Assembly (NCBI GenBank): GCA_965112155.1 | Contig: OZ218099.1 | Direction: 5' to 3' (one strand) | DNA from: Podarcis liolepis | Taxonomy: Eukaryota | Length of the DNA: 64,000 bases | Shown: positions 35,886 through 47,400 of the stretch, one piece after another | How the letters are laid out: each line of letters opens with the position of its first letter | Position numbering within the stretch: the stretch's first letter is position 1 | Translations under genes and position numbers: made by a program | The notes under the pieces: model-generated | Told to the model about the DNA's origin: nothing | The model's database searches: none | What the model saw: the letters and a program-made list of their open reading frames with translations, nothing else

Positions 35886-36089
35886 TCATGTGTAACATCA
35901 ATTCATGGATTCCATTTGCACCCATCTTCCTTTCCACCACATGCATCCATAAGGGAATGCCTTGCAGAATGGTAGTTTCTCCCAAAGTATAAATGCAAGT
36001 AGACCTGAAAATGATCTGCCTCTACTCAAAGTTTGAGGACTGTAAATTGTAGTCCTGTAGGGCCAGTGAGTAGAGGCTGATCATTTTCA

Positions 36090-36459
36090 GGGACACGGGT
36101 GGCACTGTGGTCTAAACCACTGAGCCTAGGGCTTGCTGATCAGAAGGTCAGTGGTTCGAATCCCCGCAATGGGGTGAGCTCCCGTTGCGCGGTCCCAGCT
36201 CCTGCCAACCTAGCAGTTTGAAAGCACGTCAAAGTGCAAGTAGATAAATAGGTACCGCTCCGGCGGGAAGGTAAACGGCGTTTCTGTGCAATGCTCTGGT
36301 TTCACCAGAAGCGGCTTAGTCATGCTGGCCACATGACCCAGAAAAACTGTCTGCGGACAAACGTCGGCTCCCTCGGCCAGTAAAGTGAGATGAGCACCAC
36401 AACCCCAGAGTCATCCGTGACTGGACTTAACTGTCAGGGGTCCTTTACCTTTACCTTTT
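36090..36459 (+). mobile_element. Full-length Sauria SINE
   Basis: GGGACACGGGTGGCACTGTGG head, B box GGTTCGAATCC, (ACCTTT)n tail; TSD TAGGGCCAGTGA at 36058-36069 and 36460-36471. Confidence 0.92.
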
Positions 36460-38469
36460 TAGGGCCAGTGAACACACTTGGTGAACACACTTGATCCTGA
36501 GATGTGCTCACTACTAAGTACAGGCTATGCCCGATTTGTGCATGGTCGTGTTCTGGGTTATTGTGCATGACAGTGGAGCATGCATAAGCCCGCTCTGCCC
36601 CATTAAGCCCCATTCCACTCCCTTTCCTGGTTACCTCTGGGTTGCCGTGATGCGTGCGTGCACAGTTGTGCACATTCTAAATGTGTGTGAATTGGTCCTT
36701 GCCTGTAAACTGTTTGATTTAGTATGGAATATACTGACCACAACACCCATGGAACAAAAAAACCCATAGAGTGTGATTCACTTAAAGATCCTGCATAAGG
36801 GATTCCACTTGTGCCATGGAGTCCCCCCCACCCACAGTCCCCTTCTGAATTTGCCTCTGGGGAACACTGGGAGAACCCCCAGAACAGCATGCAGGGGGAG
36901 GAGCAATTGTTCTGTCTGGCCAGCTGAAAATTTTGTGCAGACAGACTGATCGCCTCAGCTTGACATTGAATTCCACCCATAACATTATGTTTATACTGAA
37001 GGAGTGTTATACTGACCTTCAGGGCAGATTAATCAGAACAGATGTTTCAGATTGGAGTGTTATGCTTTGGTCAGTTACTTTGGAGTAATCTCAGTGGCTT
37101 CAGTATACGTACTCTATGCTAAAGATTCTGCAAATCATAGCCGTAGGCTCATTTTAATACTCATGCAATAGCATGAACGGAGCATAAACAATTGTTCCAA
37201 CACATTAATGAGCCTTCTCAGTGTGAGAACTACACAGCCTGCATCAGTGTCAGATTGTTCCTTTATGGGCAAAGTCTACAGCTGATAAAGTATTCAAATT
37301 AAGCAAATTTATGCAAAACTGTCTGATCTGCTAATTAAAAGCGGTTCTAAGCAAGACTTCCTTCAGTTTACTTAAGATGTCTAAAATGAAAATGATCACT
37401 TCTCCTAAACATAGTTGCTTGGAAAGTAAATCTCACTGTTTCAGTAGAACTTTCAAGTAAGTGTGTTTTGGATCAGGGCTTAGAGTCTCATTTCAGAATA
37501 TGGCAGTGCCATGGATTGGCTAGAAATAATGATACTTTGAGAAGTGGCTGATTGGTTCTGCATTGATTGATTATACAGTTTCTTTTAGATTCTGCCAGCC
37601 TTCAAACCATTCATGAAGTTAGTGCCCAGTTGACTTACTCTTGCTTGGTAATTCCAGAGCACAGTCCATTAGGGTCTAACCTCATTGGATTTTAATATTC
37701 TAGATTGCATTTTCTATGTCTCATAAAAATAATATAACATCTAGTTGAACTTTTTTTTAAAAAGAGCACTTCATATTTGGGCAGGTATAGCCATAGGACG
37801 GCTTCCAACTCTATGACTCTATAAGTTGCTTATGAAAAGCTAGACGGCAGCCTTTATGATATTTGTTTATGATTATTCTTGTGATCTCAGGTTCACACAA
37901 TCAAAGTATTTCCTTGGCCTTGAACCGAAACCTGTGATTGGTTGTTTGAGCTCTGAGAAGTAAAAGAGTCATGCTGGTTGGGTTATCTTTTGTTATGGCT
38001 GTGGCTAATATATGGGGCTATTGCTTCCTATTGATTCAAGGCTTTTAATTCTTCAGAAGTGTTTAAAAAGAATACCAACCCACTTTCCTAAGTAGGCAAT
38101 AAATAAGAACCTTTGCAAATAGCATGTTGAAACACACTTGTGGTGATTTGATTCAGCCTCTGCCAGTCTCGGGAGCTCAGAGGAGTGGAAATGACATATA
38201 TTTCCATTGAGCTGATTTTTAATGACAGTATTTATCATGTTAAAGCAGTAGCCGATGCAGAACCAATAACTCAGAAGGACAGATTGCCAGTCCAGCACCT
38301 GCAGCACTTCCTAATGCAGGGTTTCTTACTGGCTTTGGAAGTTATAGATGTTTGCTGTAGGTTCTTTGGGAGCGGGAACTTTTCTCTGGGTGAATGAATT
38401 CTCCATTCACAAACTGTGTGAGGCAAGAAGAGTTCCGAATGGATGACACAGAGCTGATGAATGGCACCA

Positions 38470-38746
38470 CAGGGGCACCACGTATGGGGTGCTCTGGGTG
38501 CCTGAGCACCCACCCAAATTTTGTTGTGGGTGCTCTGCACCCACACCACAGGGCCCCCACACAACTTTTGAGATTGTGCAAGGCCTTGGACAGCATCTCT
38601 GAGGCCTCAGAGATGCTTTCTAAGGCCTTCTGAGGTTTCAGAACCTGACTTCCGGGGGTACTAGAAGTCAGGTTCCAAGGCTGGGGGGGGCGGGTGTGAT
38701 GTCATACACTGGGCACGCATAACCTGGGCCCAAGTTGGCTCCCCTG
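38470..38746. mobile_element. Probable non-autonomous DNA transposon remnant
   Basis: CAGGGGCACCA / TGGCTCCCCTG ends; internal palindromes (GGGTGC..GCACCC; GAACCTGACTTC..GAAGTCAGGTTC). TSD is weak. Confidence 0.45.
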
Positions 38747-40854
38747 GTACACCATAGGCTTTATTAGAGCAACCAGTTGGCAATTCACCCATCAGTCAGT
38801 ACAATGGCCAGTTAAAGTTGGTGGTGCCAAAGTCCCATTGAAACCAGTGGATAAAACACATGGACTAACTTAAGTCCAGTTCCTTTCAGTAGAACCTAAG
38901 GTCAAAGGGTTATATCCAATGGAATCCCCTCAAAGACAAAAGGCTTATTGATCCAGTGGCAGCAAAACACAGAAGGGAAGTGGTTTAAGCTGATTCCTCA
39001 TCTCGCTGACAGTTCCGCCTGCCTTTGGGAGTGGTAGTGCAAGGAAGCTGCGGGATTGAGGGTGAATTGGCAAAATAGACACTCCCTTCTCATTGCACTA
39101 ATGGGAACTTCCACTGCATCAAACAGTTATCAGCTGCTATCTTGGCAGCTGTCACCAACTGAGTTTACTATTAGCAGAATCTGCACATTGGAACTCCCTG
39201 ATTATTGACACCAGGAGAAAATATACATAAATAAGAAAATCAGGGGAAACATAAATAAAATACAGCATCTTCACAGACAGGGAAAGAAAGGTAATACAAT
39301 ACAGTGTTGTGCGAACAATTAGTCTATCAAACTTAAATTTATATGTGCGTTCACAGGCTTGTCAGATAAATAAAAAAGATAATAGCATTGCTTCCTATAC
39401 TCTCTTTTCTCAGTTTTTTTCTAACCAAAACTGTTTTCTGTTAAGACTAATACCTCAGACCAGAACATGTTCACACTATCCAGACCTTAGTTTCTGGCCA
39501 CGTGTCTCCTAGTTTAGAAATGAAATGAAATCATACTGCTCAGCAAGGAATTTTTCCTTTGTACTTCTTTGTCCCCTTGGATACTTTATTTATAGGAAAT
39601 TTCTCCCAGGAGAGCAATTTGCCACACAGGTAACTCTCAACTTACACACATATAACTTGTGCGCATTCAGCTTGATGTGCTTGACAATTAGGGGGAGGGG
39701 GGAGGAAAGGGGGTGGGTGTCCATGGAAAAAGACTTTGGCAATCCCACCTGCCATTGAACCCAGTGTGTATTGGCTTTACACGCTGTCCCCATGTAAGTT
39801 GAGAGTCGCCTATCCTATTCTAAGCTGATCAAGGGTCTTTCAGAATTTTACTACATATGACCATGCCAGTGCTAACAAATACAAAATGATCCCTTTGTTT
39901 AAGTCTGCCGCCTCCTATGCGTATAAAAATCAGCAGAGCTAAATAAAGAGGAATGACGGTCTATTTAATTAGAACGCTCTCATTTGTGCTGACAAAAAGG
40001 TGGTTTAGACCCCTGCCCATTCCATTGTTCCTCCTCTAGTGGCGGCCCAATTAAGTTCTCACCAGAGTCTCTGACTCGTGAGTGGAACCAAAAGAGGCAT
40101 CAAATCAATATTTCACATGATAAAGAGACCAAGCCCTTTACAGGCACGTTTGCATCTTTATTTATTTGGCTAAATTGGATTAATTACATAGTGGTGCTCC
40201 CCTTTTTTGTCTATGAACCTAACAGAAAAGACCTCAGTTGGCAACCCAAGAGCCAAGTGTGTCTTAATATTGGTTGTAGATAATGTTTTGCATAGAAGTC
40301 CAATAGAGTGTATAACTGATGAGACTGTATAACTGATGAGGCTATATATTAAATGGTCTGCTATTATATTTGAACAAGAAATGCCACTGCAGTCGGATAA
40401 CTGGGGCCATTCCTGATGCCAAGTGTCTCACCCATTTGGTCCATATTTTAAATGTTGTCGATGTATAAGCATTTTCGAAGAACTGTAAAGAACCAAATTT
40501 TTGTTTCCAGAATGGGAGGGTGCTGTGCTGTGTGTCCTCTAACTACATCCCTCATCCATACCCGTTGTTCATTCTCATTCTCTATTAGCAAAGGAACCAT
40601 ATGGTTTAGTTGACATGTTTCCAGTTCATAAGTTTATTTTTCTAGGCAAAAGCCATGACAAACTTTTATTAGGCAATAGTATTAATAAAATAATACAGAA
40701 CATACATTCATAATATACTAAAATTCTTTTATTTTGCCTTTTAAAAATCCAGCTTGCCAACACCCATGATGTAAGAGAGCAGTTTCCAGAGACACCAGCA
40801 AACTGAAATCCAGCTTGATTTCAGATTAAACCTCGGAATCACCACAACAATTTA

Positions 40855-41107
40855 CAGTGGTGCCCCGCAAGACAAATGCCTCGCAAGACGAAAAACTCGC
40901 TAGGCGAAAGGGTTTTTTGGTTTTGCGTTGCTTCGCTAGACGAATTTCCCTATGGGCTTGCTTCGCAAGACGAAAACATCTTGCGCTTTTTTCTTAAAGC
41001 CGCTTGAAGAGGCGCAGTTGCGACGGACCGTGCTTCGCAAGACGAAAAACATCGCAAGACGAAAAAACTCGCGGAACGAATTCTTTTCGTCTTGCGAGGC
41101 ACCACTG
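40855..41107. mobile_element. Tigger/pogo-like MITE, CpG-rich (likely young)
   Basis: TA|CAGTGGTGCCCCGCAAGAC ... GTCTTGCGAGGCACCACTG|TA; multiple internal CGCAAGACGAAAA repeats. Confidence 0.9.
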
Positions 41108-41109
41108 TA

Positions 41110-41470
41110 TAGTGATTTTCCTGATGCTTTTGCAGCCAGTGCATAGATGGCCACGCTCTGTGTTACGAAGCTATTATTTTCCTTCAGAAGAAACCAGATC
41201 GTTTCTGCTGGGGTGTGCCTGCTTGCTTGTGTGAACAAGGGTTTCAGAAAGTGATCTCTTGGATCTCTATATGAGGGGCAGTCTAACAGATAATGAGTGA
41301 TGTATTTTACCTGAGGTTGACCACAAATACAAAGTCTGTCTGAGTATGTTATAGCGGCCATCCAATACTGCAGTGGGTGTCGCTTGGAAATGCAGCTCAG
41401 TAAAGGCATTTCTTAAGGAAACTGGTGAGAGTTCGGTCAGATAATGAGCTCTGAAATGCTCTGTTCTCAA
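41110..41470 (-). mobile_element. LINE ORF2 C-terminal fragment with CCHC knuckle (RTE-X-like), frameshifted
   Basis: Minus-strand frames read LRNAFTELHFQATPTAVLDGRY and RLCICGQPQVKYITHYLLDCPSYRDPR (CxC..HxxxxC). Confidence 0.7.
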
Positions 41471-43901
41471 GAGTGGATACCAAGGGGGGAAATTGGTGTT
41501 TCTAATTAATTGTAGGTTCCTTTTGGATTCTATCTAGAAGAGCCAGTCCTTTAGTTGACACTTATTCAAGGTCAAAATAGAGCTCATTTCTGAAAAATAA
41601 TAATACAAACATCTTGACAAGCTGCTTTCCAGAGTTGGTTATCGCCCGATTCTATATAGCACAGTACAGGAAAATGCTCAATAGACACAGTAGCAATTTT
41701 AAAAATGTTCTTCAACTGAGTACAGTCCACTTTTGCCTTAATTGTTGGACTGGACCCTGTGCAAAGAAGAACTGCTCATATCCCTGATGGTAGAGAGTAA
41801 AGCTTCTGAAAAAAAGGAGTGCCAGGACTGCCTCAAGCAAAGCCAAAATAATGCAGCCCAACTCTCGTTGGGGTAAAATTTCCAAAGGTGTTCGTGGCAC
41901 TATCCAGACACTTAATTCCTGCCCTCTTCTGTTCCATCCTTTCCCCTCATGGTGCCAACATCTGAAGCTGATCTCTTTGCCCAAATACATGGCAGAAGCA
42001 GTCATGGCTTCAAATGCTATTACCTTCCATCTTTCATACTCTGCTTTCTTCTCCAGAAATTTGTTACATAGAGAAGGCCCGCCTGAGCAACTAATTTCTG
42101 CTTGGGGGTGTCCTGATTGTCTTTTGCCCAGTGGCTACGGAAAGGCCAAATAAACTAGAGCCATAAAGCTGATTAACCTATCATATTCCTGACCAGTTTA
42201 TCATTCTATTAAATTAGAGGTGTATCCCTTTAAACATTTCTCATTGTTTGGAGAAGCAATTAACATCTTCCAAGCAGATCAGTGGAACTGGTGTTGCTAA
42301 GCAGCAGAACTTTAAAGATAATTTGTCAATTTCTGCAGAAGGAAGAAAATAATAAACAGTCCTATTGAGAGAAAATTGCTCATTTTCCAGTATGCAACTT
42401 TCCCTCCACCACCAGGTCTTCAGTTCACCATTGCTCAATTTATTCTTTATTTAGCTTCTATAAATAATTCGGAATTGAGTGGAATGATTGAGTCTTTTCC
42501 CAAACGCTAATCCTAGATAATTTGAAACAAAAGGGGGGAAATGTTCAGATTACAGTCTGAGTATATTAGCTGTTGGTAGCTTTCCAGGCCACTTCTGTGG
42601 TTTCTTTTAGGCCTTTTCTGCAGCATTCCATCACTTCTAAAGGGCCCTACTTTGAACATTCATAATTTTGTGCGTTTCCAGCTCCACATCAGAAGAAGTA
42701 TCATCACTAGAGTGCTGGCACACTTCCTTGTCTTTGAATGTGGGAAGCTTATCTCTTCAGAGGGGCACTAAACAAGTGAGGTAGCAATATTACAAATCAA
42801 GGCTGTGCATGCCTTTCCATTTTCAAGGAAGTAGATGCAGTCATCTGGCATAATGACCTGCTGTCTCGGTCCTGATATGAAAAGCCAGAAGAGACAGCTT
42901 TGGGAGTAGGGGATGCTGGGAAAGGGTAAGTTAGTGAAGGAAAAAGCAGAAGCTTGCAACCTGTGTAGATGTTCAGGTAAGATATTTGCCCCAAACATCC
43001 ATTCTAGATTCTACAAGCTCTCTTGAGCTTTGATACCCTGTGACTGTTGCGTGTTTTCCATTCAGTCCTGGCTCACCAGGTAGCCAAAGCCTCACACATA
43101 GCTCAGTATATGTAAGCTTCTCAGCAAGGATGCTGCTGCCGGAGGCTGCAGCAGGTGAGAACATGTGTTCAGATGCAGAGAAGCCATGACCCCCATTAAA
43201 GCCATCCTGGTGACATAGAATGAACTAAATAAGTGGAGCCAGGTAGCTGCTGGAAATCAGTCAAACAAACAAACAAACAAACAAACAAACATTCAAACCA
43301 ACCAACCACCACCTCATTTCATTTTTATGGTAAGGAGCTTGCTTGCAAAACAAGATTCCTTTCTCATCCAGGCGCATGTCAAGGAGAAGGTGTGTCCACC
43401 TGCTGCTGCAAAAGAACCCCAAAGTGATTGATTTTTAATGCTTGATCTTTAATGCTTGATCTTCACTGCCTGTGTGCCTGCGGCATGGAAGTTGGGGGTG
43501 GGGAGGGAGAGTGTGAGTGAGTGAAAAGGGAGGGGGGACTGCAATGAAAGCAGCAAACTGTCAGGTAGCTGACTGTCAATTAAGCAAACTGCTCTTCATT
43601 CATGACCTTCCGTTAGCCCACCCTCTGCCGAAAAGGCCTCCAGATGGTGGGGAGGGCAAGGAGGAAAAGCACTTTACTGCAACAATAACAGATTACGGAG
43701 GCACGCTTAACTCTGCTGACATTTGGTCTGTGAATGAGATCTTCCCCTTTGTAGGGGTTCATTGGGTGGGAGTTCAGACGCTGCTTGGATGGGACAATAT
43801 AAGCAGATAGACAGCCAGATTAGATGGAGTTAGCTTTTATCTCCTGATCCCCTATTAAAACTATTTGGGTGATTCACGCCATTGAAGATTCCCATCTGTG
43901 G

Positions 43902-43960
<59 letters not shown>

Positions 43961-43961
43961 T
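43902..43961. repeat. (CTTT)n microsatellite
   Basis: Direct reading. Confidence 0.95.
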
Positions 43962-44188
43962 TGCATGGACTCTGCAAACAGTATCAGCCCCCAAGCGCTA
44001 ATGCATTATATAGTGCCCAACAGCTTGCCATTTAGTTCTGTTGAGAAATTTTCATTTTTGTAGTGCAAACCTCTGCAGTCATGCCTGCAAGTGAAAACAT
44101 AGTACTGGTTGTATGGATTTCTGGTTTCCATTTCCAATTTCCTTCTACCACATCTTAGAACAAGACAGTGTTTCTCTCTTGTAACAAT

Positions 44189-44423
44189 TTCCAGAGGGGT
44201 TAGCTGTGTTAGTTTCTTACAGCAAAAACCGAAATGAGGGGGGAAAAAACAATTTCCCTCTGACCTTGCTGTTTACAATTCCTAACCACCACCAGCCTCC
44301 AACCAAGCGTACAGATAGATAGATACCTGTAACTCAGGACAACACTTCATGCATCTGATAATGTGGACTGTATTCCATAAAAAATCTTTGTCTTTAAGGT
44401 ACCACAGGTTTCTTTGTTGTTTT
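44189..44423. mobile_element. Decayed Neptune-type Penelope remnant with inverted pLTR pieces
   Basis: Left TTCCAGAGGGGTTAGCTGTGTTAG..CAGCAAAAAC is the inverted pLTR end; right ATGCATCTGATAATGTGGAC..CTTTAAGGTACCACAGG..TTTGTTGTTTT; direct repeat TTTCTCTCTTGT at 44171-44182 and 44421-44432. Confidence 0.6.
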
Positions 44424-47400
44424 CTCTCTTGTGCTCCAGTACTTCCATTTCACCAGCAAATATTGATAAAAAGGTCCCAGCCGTTGCATACCCAGATTTA
44501 CTAATATCTCTGTTCATAGACACCTATAACTTAGCCTGACATGAAGCCCTAAACTATCCACATGAGAATACACTGGGTGCAAATTCTCTGTTTTATCGAT
44601 GGTAGGTAGAAATGGGTTAGGGTTGGTTAGGCAAGTGAAGAGTTGAAGCTATCTGGGATGCTGCTGTTAAGGGCTTGGCAGAGCTAGGAACTCAAAAGCT
44701 TTGCATCAGCAGGACTATCTGGGATGGTTTCAGGACCATGGCTAGAGTGCCTATAATATTCTCTGACAGGCAGGTAACACCGACCATGTTTGCACAATCA
44801 GATCTTTGTTTAATAAACCAAAATGCTCACGAGCCCGTGGTTTAGTGTGAAGTTTGAAAGTGTCCCATGTAACATGAGAGCAGAGAGCAAGAGCGTACTT
44901 GCACAGGATGCAGAGCTCAAGGGAACAACGCATTTAAGCAAAGCAAAAGCCATTCCAGATTCCTGCAGGCAATCCCTTGCTTGGACGCAGGGGGAGGCAG
45001 AGCTGAAGTATCACTACAACTTAAACCATAGGATACTTGAAATGTCATTCCTTCCTATTGTTTAAGTTGTAGCATGTGATTCTCAGTTAGCATGCTTTAA
45101 AAATGGGAATAAACAGATTCATAGATGATAAGTATGTCAGTTCCTCTTAGGCATAATAGCTATAAATGGAACCTCCATGGCCAGAGGCATCCATCTATTG
45201 ATTATTGGATGCTGGGAATTTTCATCCGGGGGGCGGTGAGGGGGCTTTGCTTCCAAGTCTTCCTCGGGGTATCTGATTGGCTGCTGTTGCAGACAAAAAG
45301 GTAGACCAGACCTCGTCACATTGCTTTGCTCAAGCATTGCTGCTTGCTGCTTGTTTTCTGTACCAGTTTTGCACTGATGGGGAGCTTCCAATGTTAACTT
45401 TTTAAACTGACGCTGTTGGCTAAACCTGCTGCGATAAATCCCTGCCCTGTTCCACAGTTGTTTTTGCCTGTGTCACTTACTGAAGAAGCTGCTCTTGCCA
45501 AGGTTTCAAAATGCCTATTTTCTGGACAAAGCTAAGAGCTTCTCCTGTGTCTTCTTTCTTCTTGGTCTCTCTGCTACTTCCGGACGCTATCAGTCACGTC
45601 ACCCTCTGATTCTTCTCTTCTTCAGGCTGTCCTCTTCCAAAACTCTTCCTGTCTCTCCAGCTGCCTTTTATTTGGTCAATTCTGTTTGGTTCTTTCATTC
45701 CCCATGGGAGCTCTAGAGAACTTAGCCTTTATTTCCCTCCTCTTCTGACTCTGTATGCTTGTCTTCAGATGTTTTCTTTTTCTCCCTTTATGTTGAGGAG
45801 TCTCCAGTCTGCATTTCCACCCCTGCCTCTCTCCGTTGTCACTATGGCTGGAATCCAGACATGTCCACAATGGACCGAGAGGGACAGCTCTTTGCCTCCT
45901 GTTTTCAATGTGCAAGTTCCCACTGCAGAAGAGGCAAGCTACTTTTTAACATTGAATAGCAGCTTGTTTCTTGGACAGTGGGAATTTCTGGTGCTTTTGC
46001 CCTGAAGTCAACTCTTCCATTGTGAACCACCCTGGGATGTTCAGATGAAGGATGGTATACAAATTTAATAAATAACAACAACCCCCACCTTTCTTCATGT
46101 CATGCTGCCCATTGAAATTCAACATAGCAAAGACAACATTCCCAATCTTTTTAGCAAATCTGTTTCCTCTCCTTGGGTTTTTTTTTGGGGGGGGGGCGTT
46201 AGTTATTGTCAGAGATACTTTGTAGTCTCCTTCAAGCAGCCCTGGTTCTCTCGCCACCCTTCACTTTCAATATTGATGCTGTTTTTCGTTTCTTTGTTAA
46301 ATCCTGAAGCATTTAAAGGAGGCTTTTCAGAGATGGAGAGAAAAAGAGCAAGGTTTAAAATGGGCATAAAATGCTGTCATTAAACCACATCCAATATATG
46401 GGCAGGCAGATTGTCATGGTCACCAATCCTAATAGATATGCAGCGCTTAGCAGACTAGGCATCTGGTGGAGGCTTTGCTTTATCTTGTTTGCTCTGTCCC
46501 TTTAGGAGATAGTCACTTGGCAATACTCAGTAACTTAAAACCATCTCTAGCCTGATATAGTGACAGAGAACAGCAAACACATGGAATGTATTTCGAAAAG
46601 GGCAACAGTGTTCATTATGTTTTAGAAAAAAGTCCTAGATTAGCACTGGGCTTCCTTTCCTTTTTTATTAGCTGTCTTATTGCCTGATAACTAGATATGC
46701 AAAACTGCAAGGATTCTGACATCTTTTGCAAATCCTGCCTTGTGTTTAATTAGCATTTATCTTAATCTCATTTTAATTTTTTTTTTCACACCCAGCAGCG
46801 CAATCAAATGCTACTGCGGCATTTTTTAACAATTATGTTATGTTGGCAGATAGAGACTTCAAGGAAGCTGACCTTTCTCAAGCCCAGACTTATAAAAGAG
46901 TAGGCTGTTAATTATGTTTTTATTGGAAGATGCATCCCGACTGCGTCTGGGCAGTCCAGCTTTGCTCTGTTTAGATGGGGTTGGAAATGTTCTCCAAACA
47001 AATGTGGAGGACAGAAAGAGCTGCTGGTGTGGAAAGAGGGGGCCCTGACTTTAGAAGCAAAGGTTGCTTATGTTTTTGTACTTTAGCTTTAATTGGGTTA
47101 TCAGCTGCAGCTTCAAGGCTTAAACGAACTGACCTAAATATTAGATCTCTGTTGGGGTTAAATGTTCCCCCTTCCTATAAAGATTTGGTTTCCAAAGTAA
47201 CTTCTGGAGCGTTTTAGCTCTGTGTTGAAAGTATAAAACTGCCTTTGAATCATTTATTACTGTTCACGCTGAGCAGTAGTTAGCTTGTCGAGAATAAGCA
47301 CTCAAAACAAATTAAAAGGCATCTGAAGAAAACACCTGATCCATCTCTGTCCTCATGTAAGATCAGAGAATTCGCTAGAGAGAGACTGATTAGAGCTGGT

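Noticed and set aside
40309-40390. Tandem TGTATAACTGATGAG containing CTGATGA as a possible hammerhead
   Set aside because: No stem II followed by GAAA and no cleavage triplet with pairing; it is a short local duplication.
40860-41100. Regularly recurring CGCAAGACGAAAA units as a CRISPR-like array
   Set aside because: Eukaryotic context, irregular spacing, and enclosed by TIRs with a TA TSD; these are MITE subterminal repeats.
45225-45285. GC box plus CCAAT box (CTGATTGGCT) as a promoter
   Set aside because: They fall inside what looks like a CR1 3' UTR remnant, so the motifs are probably incidental.
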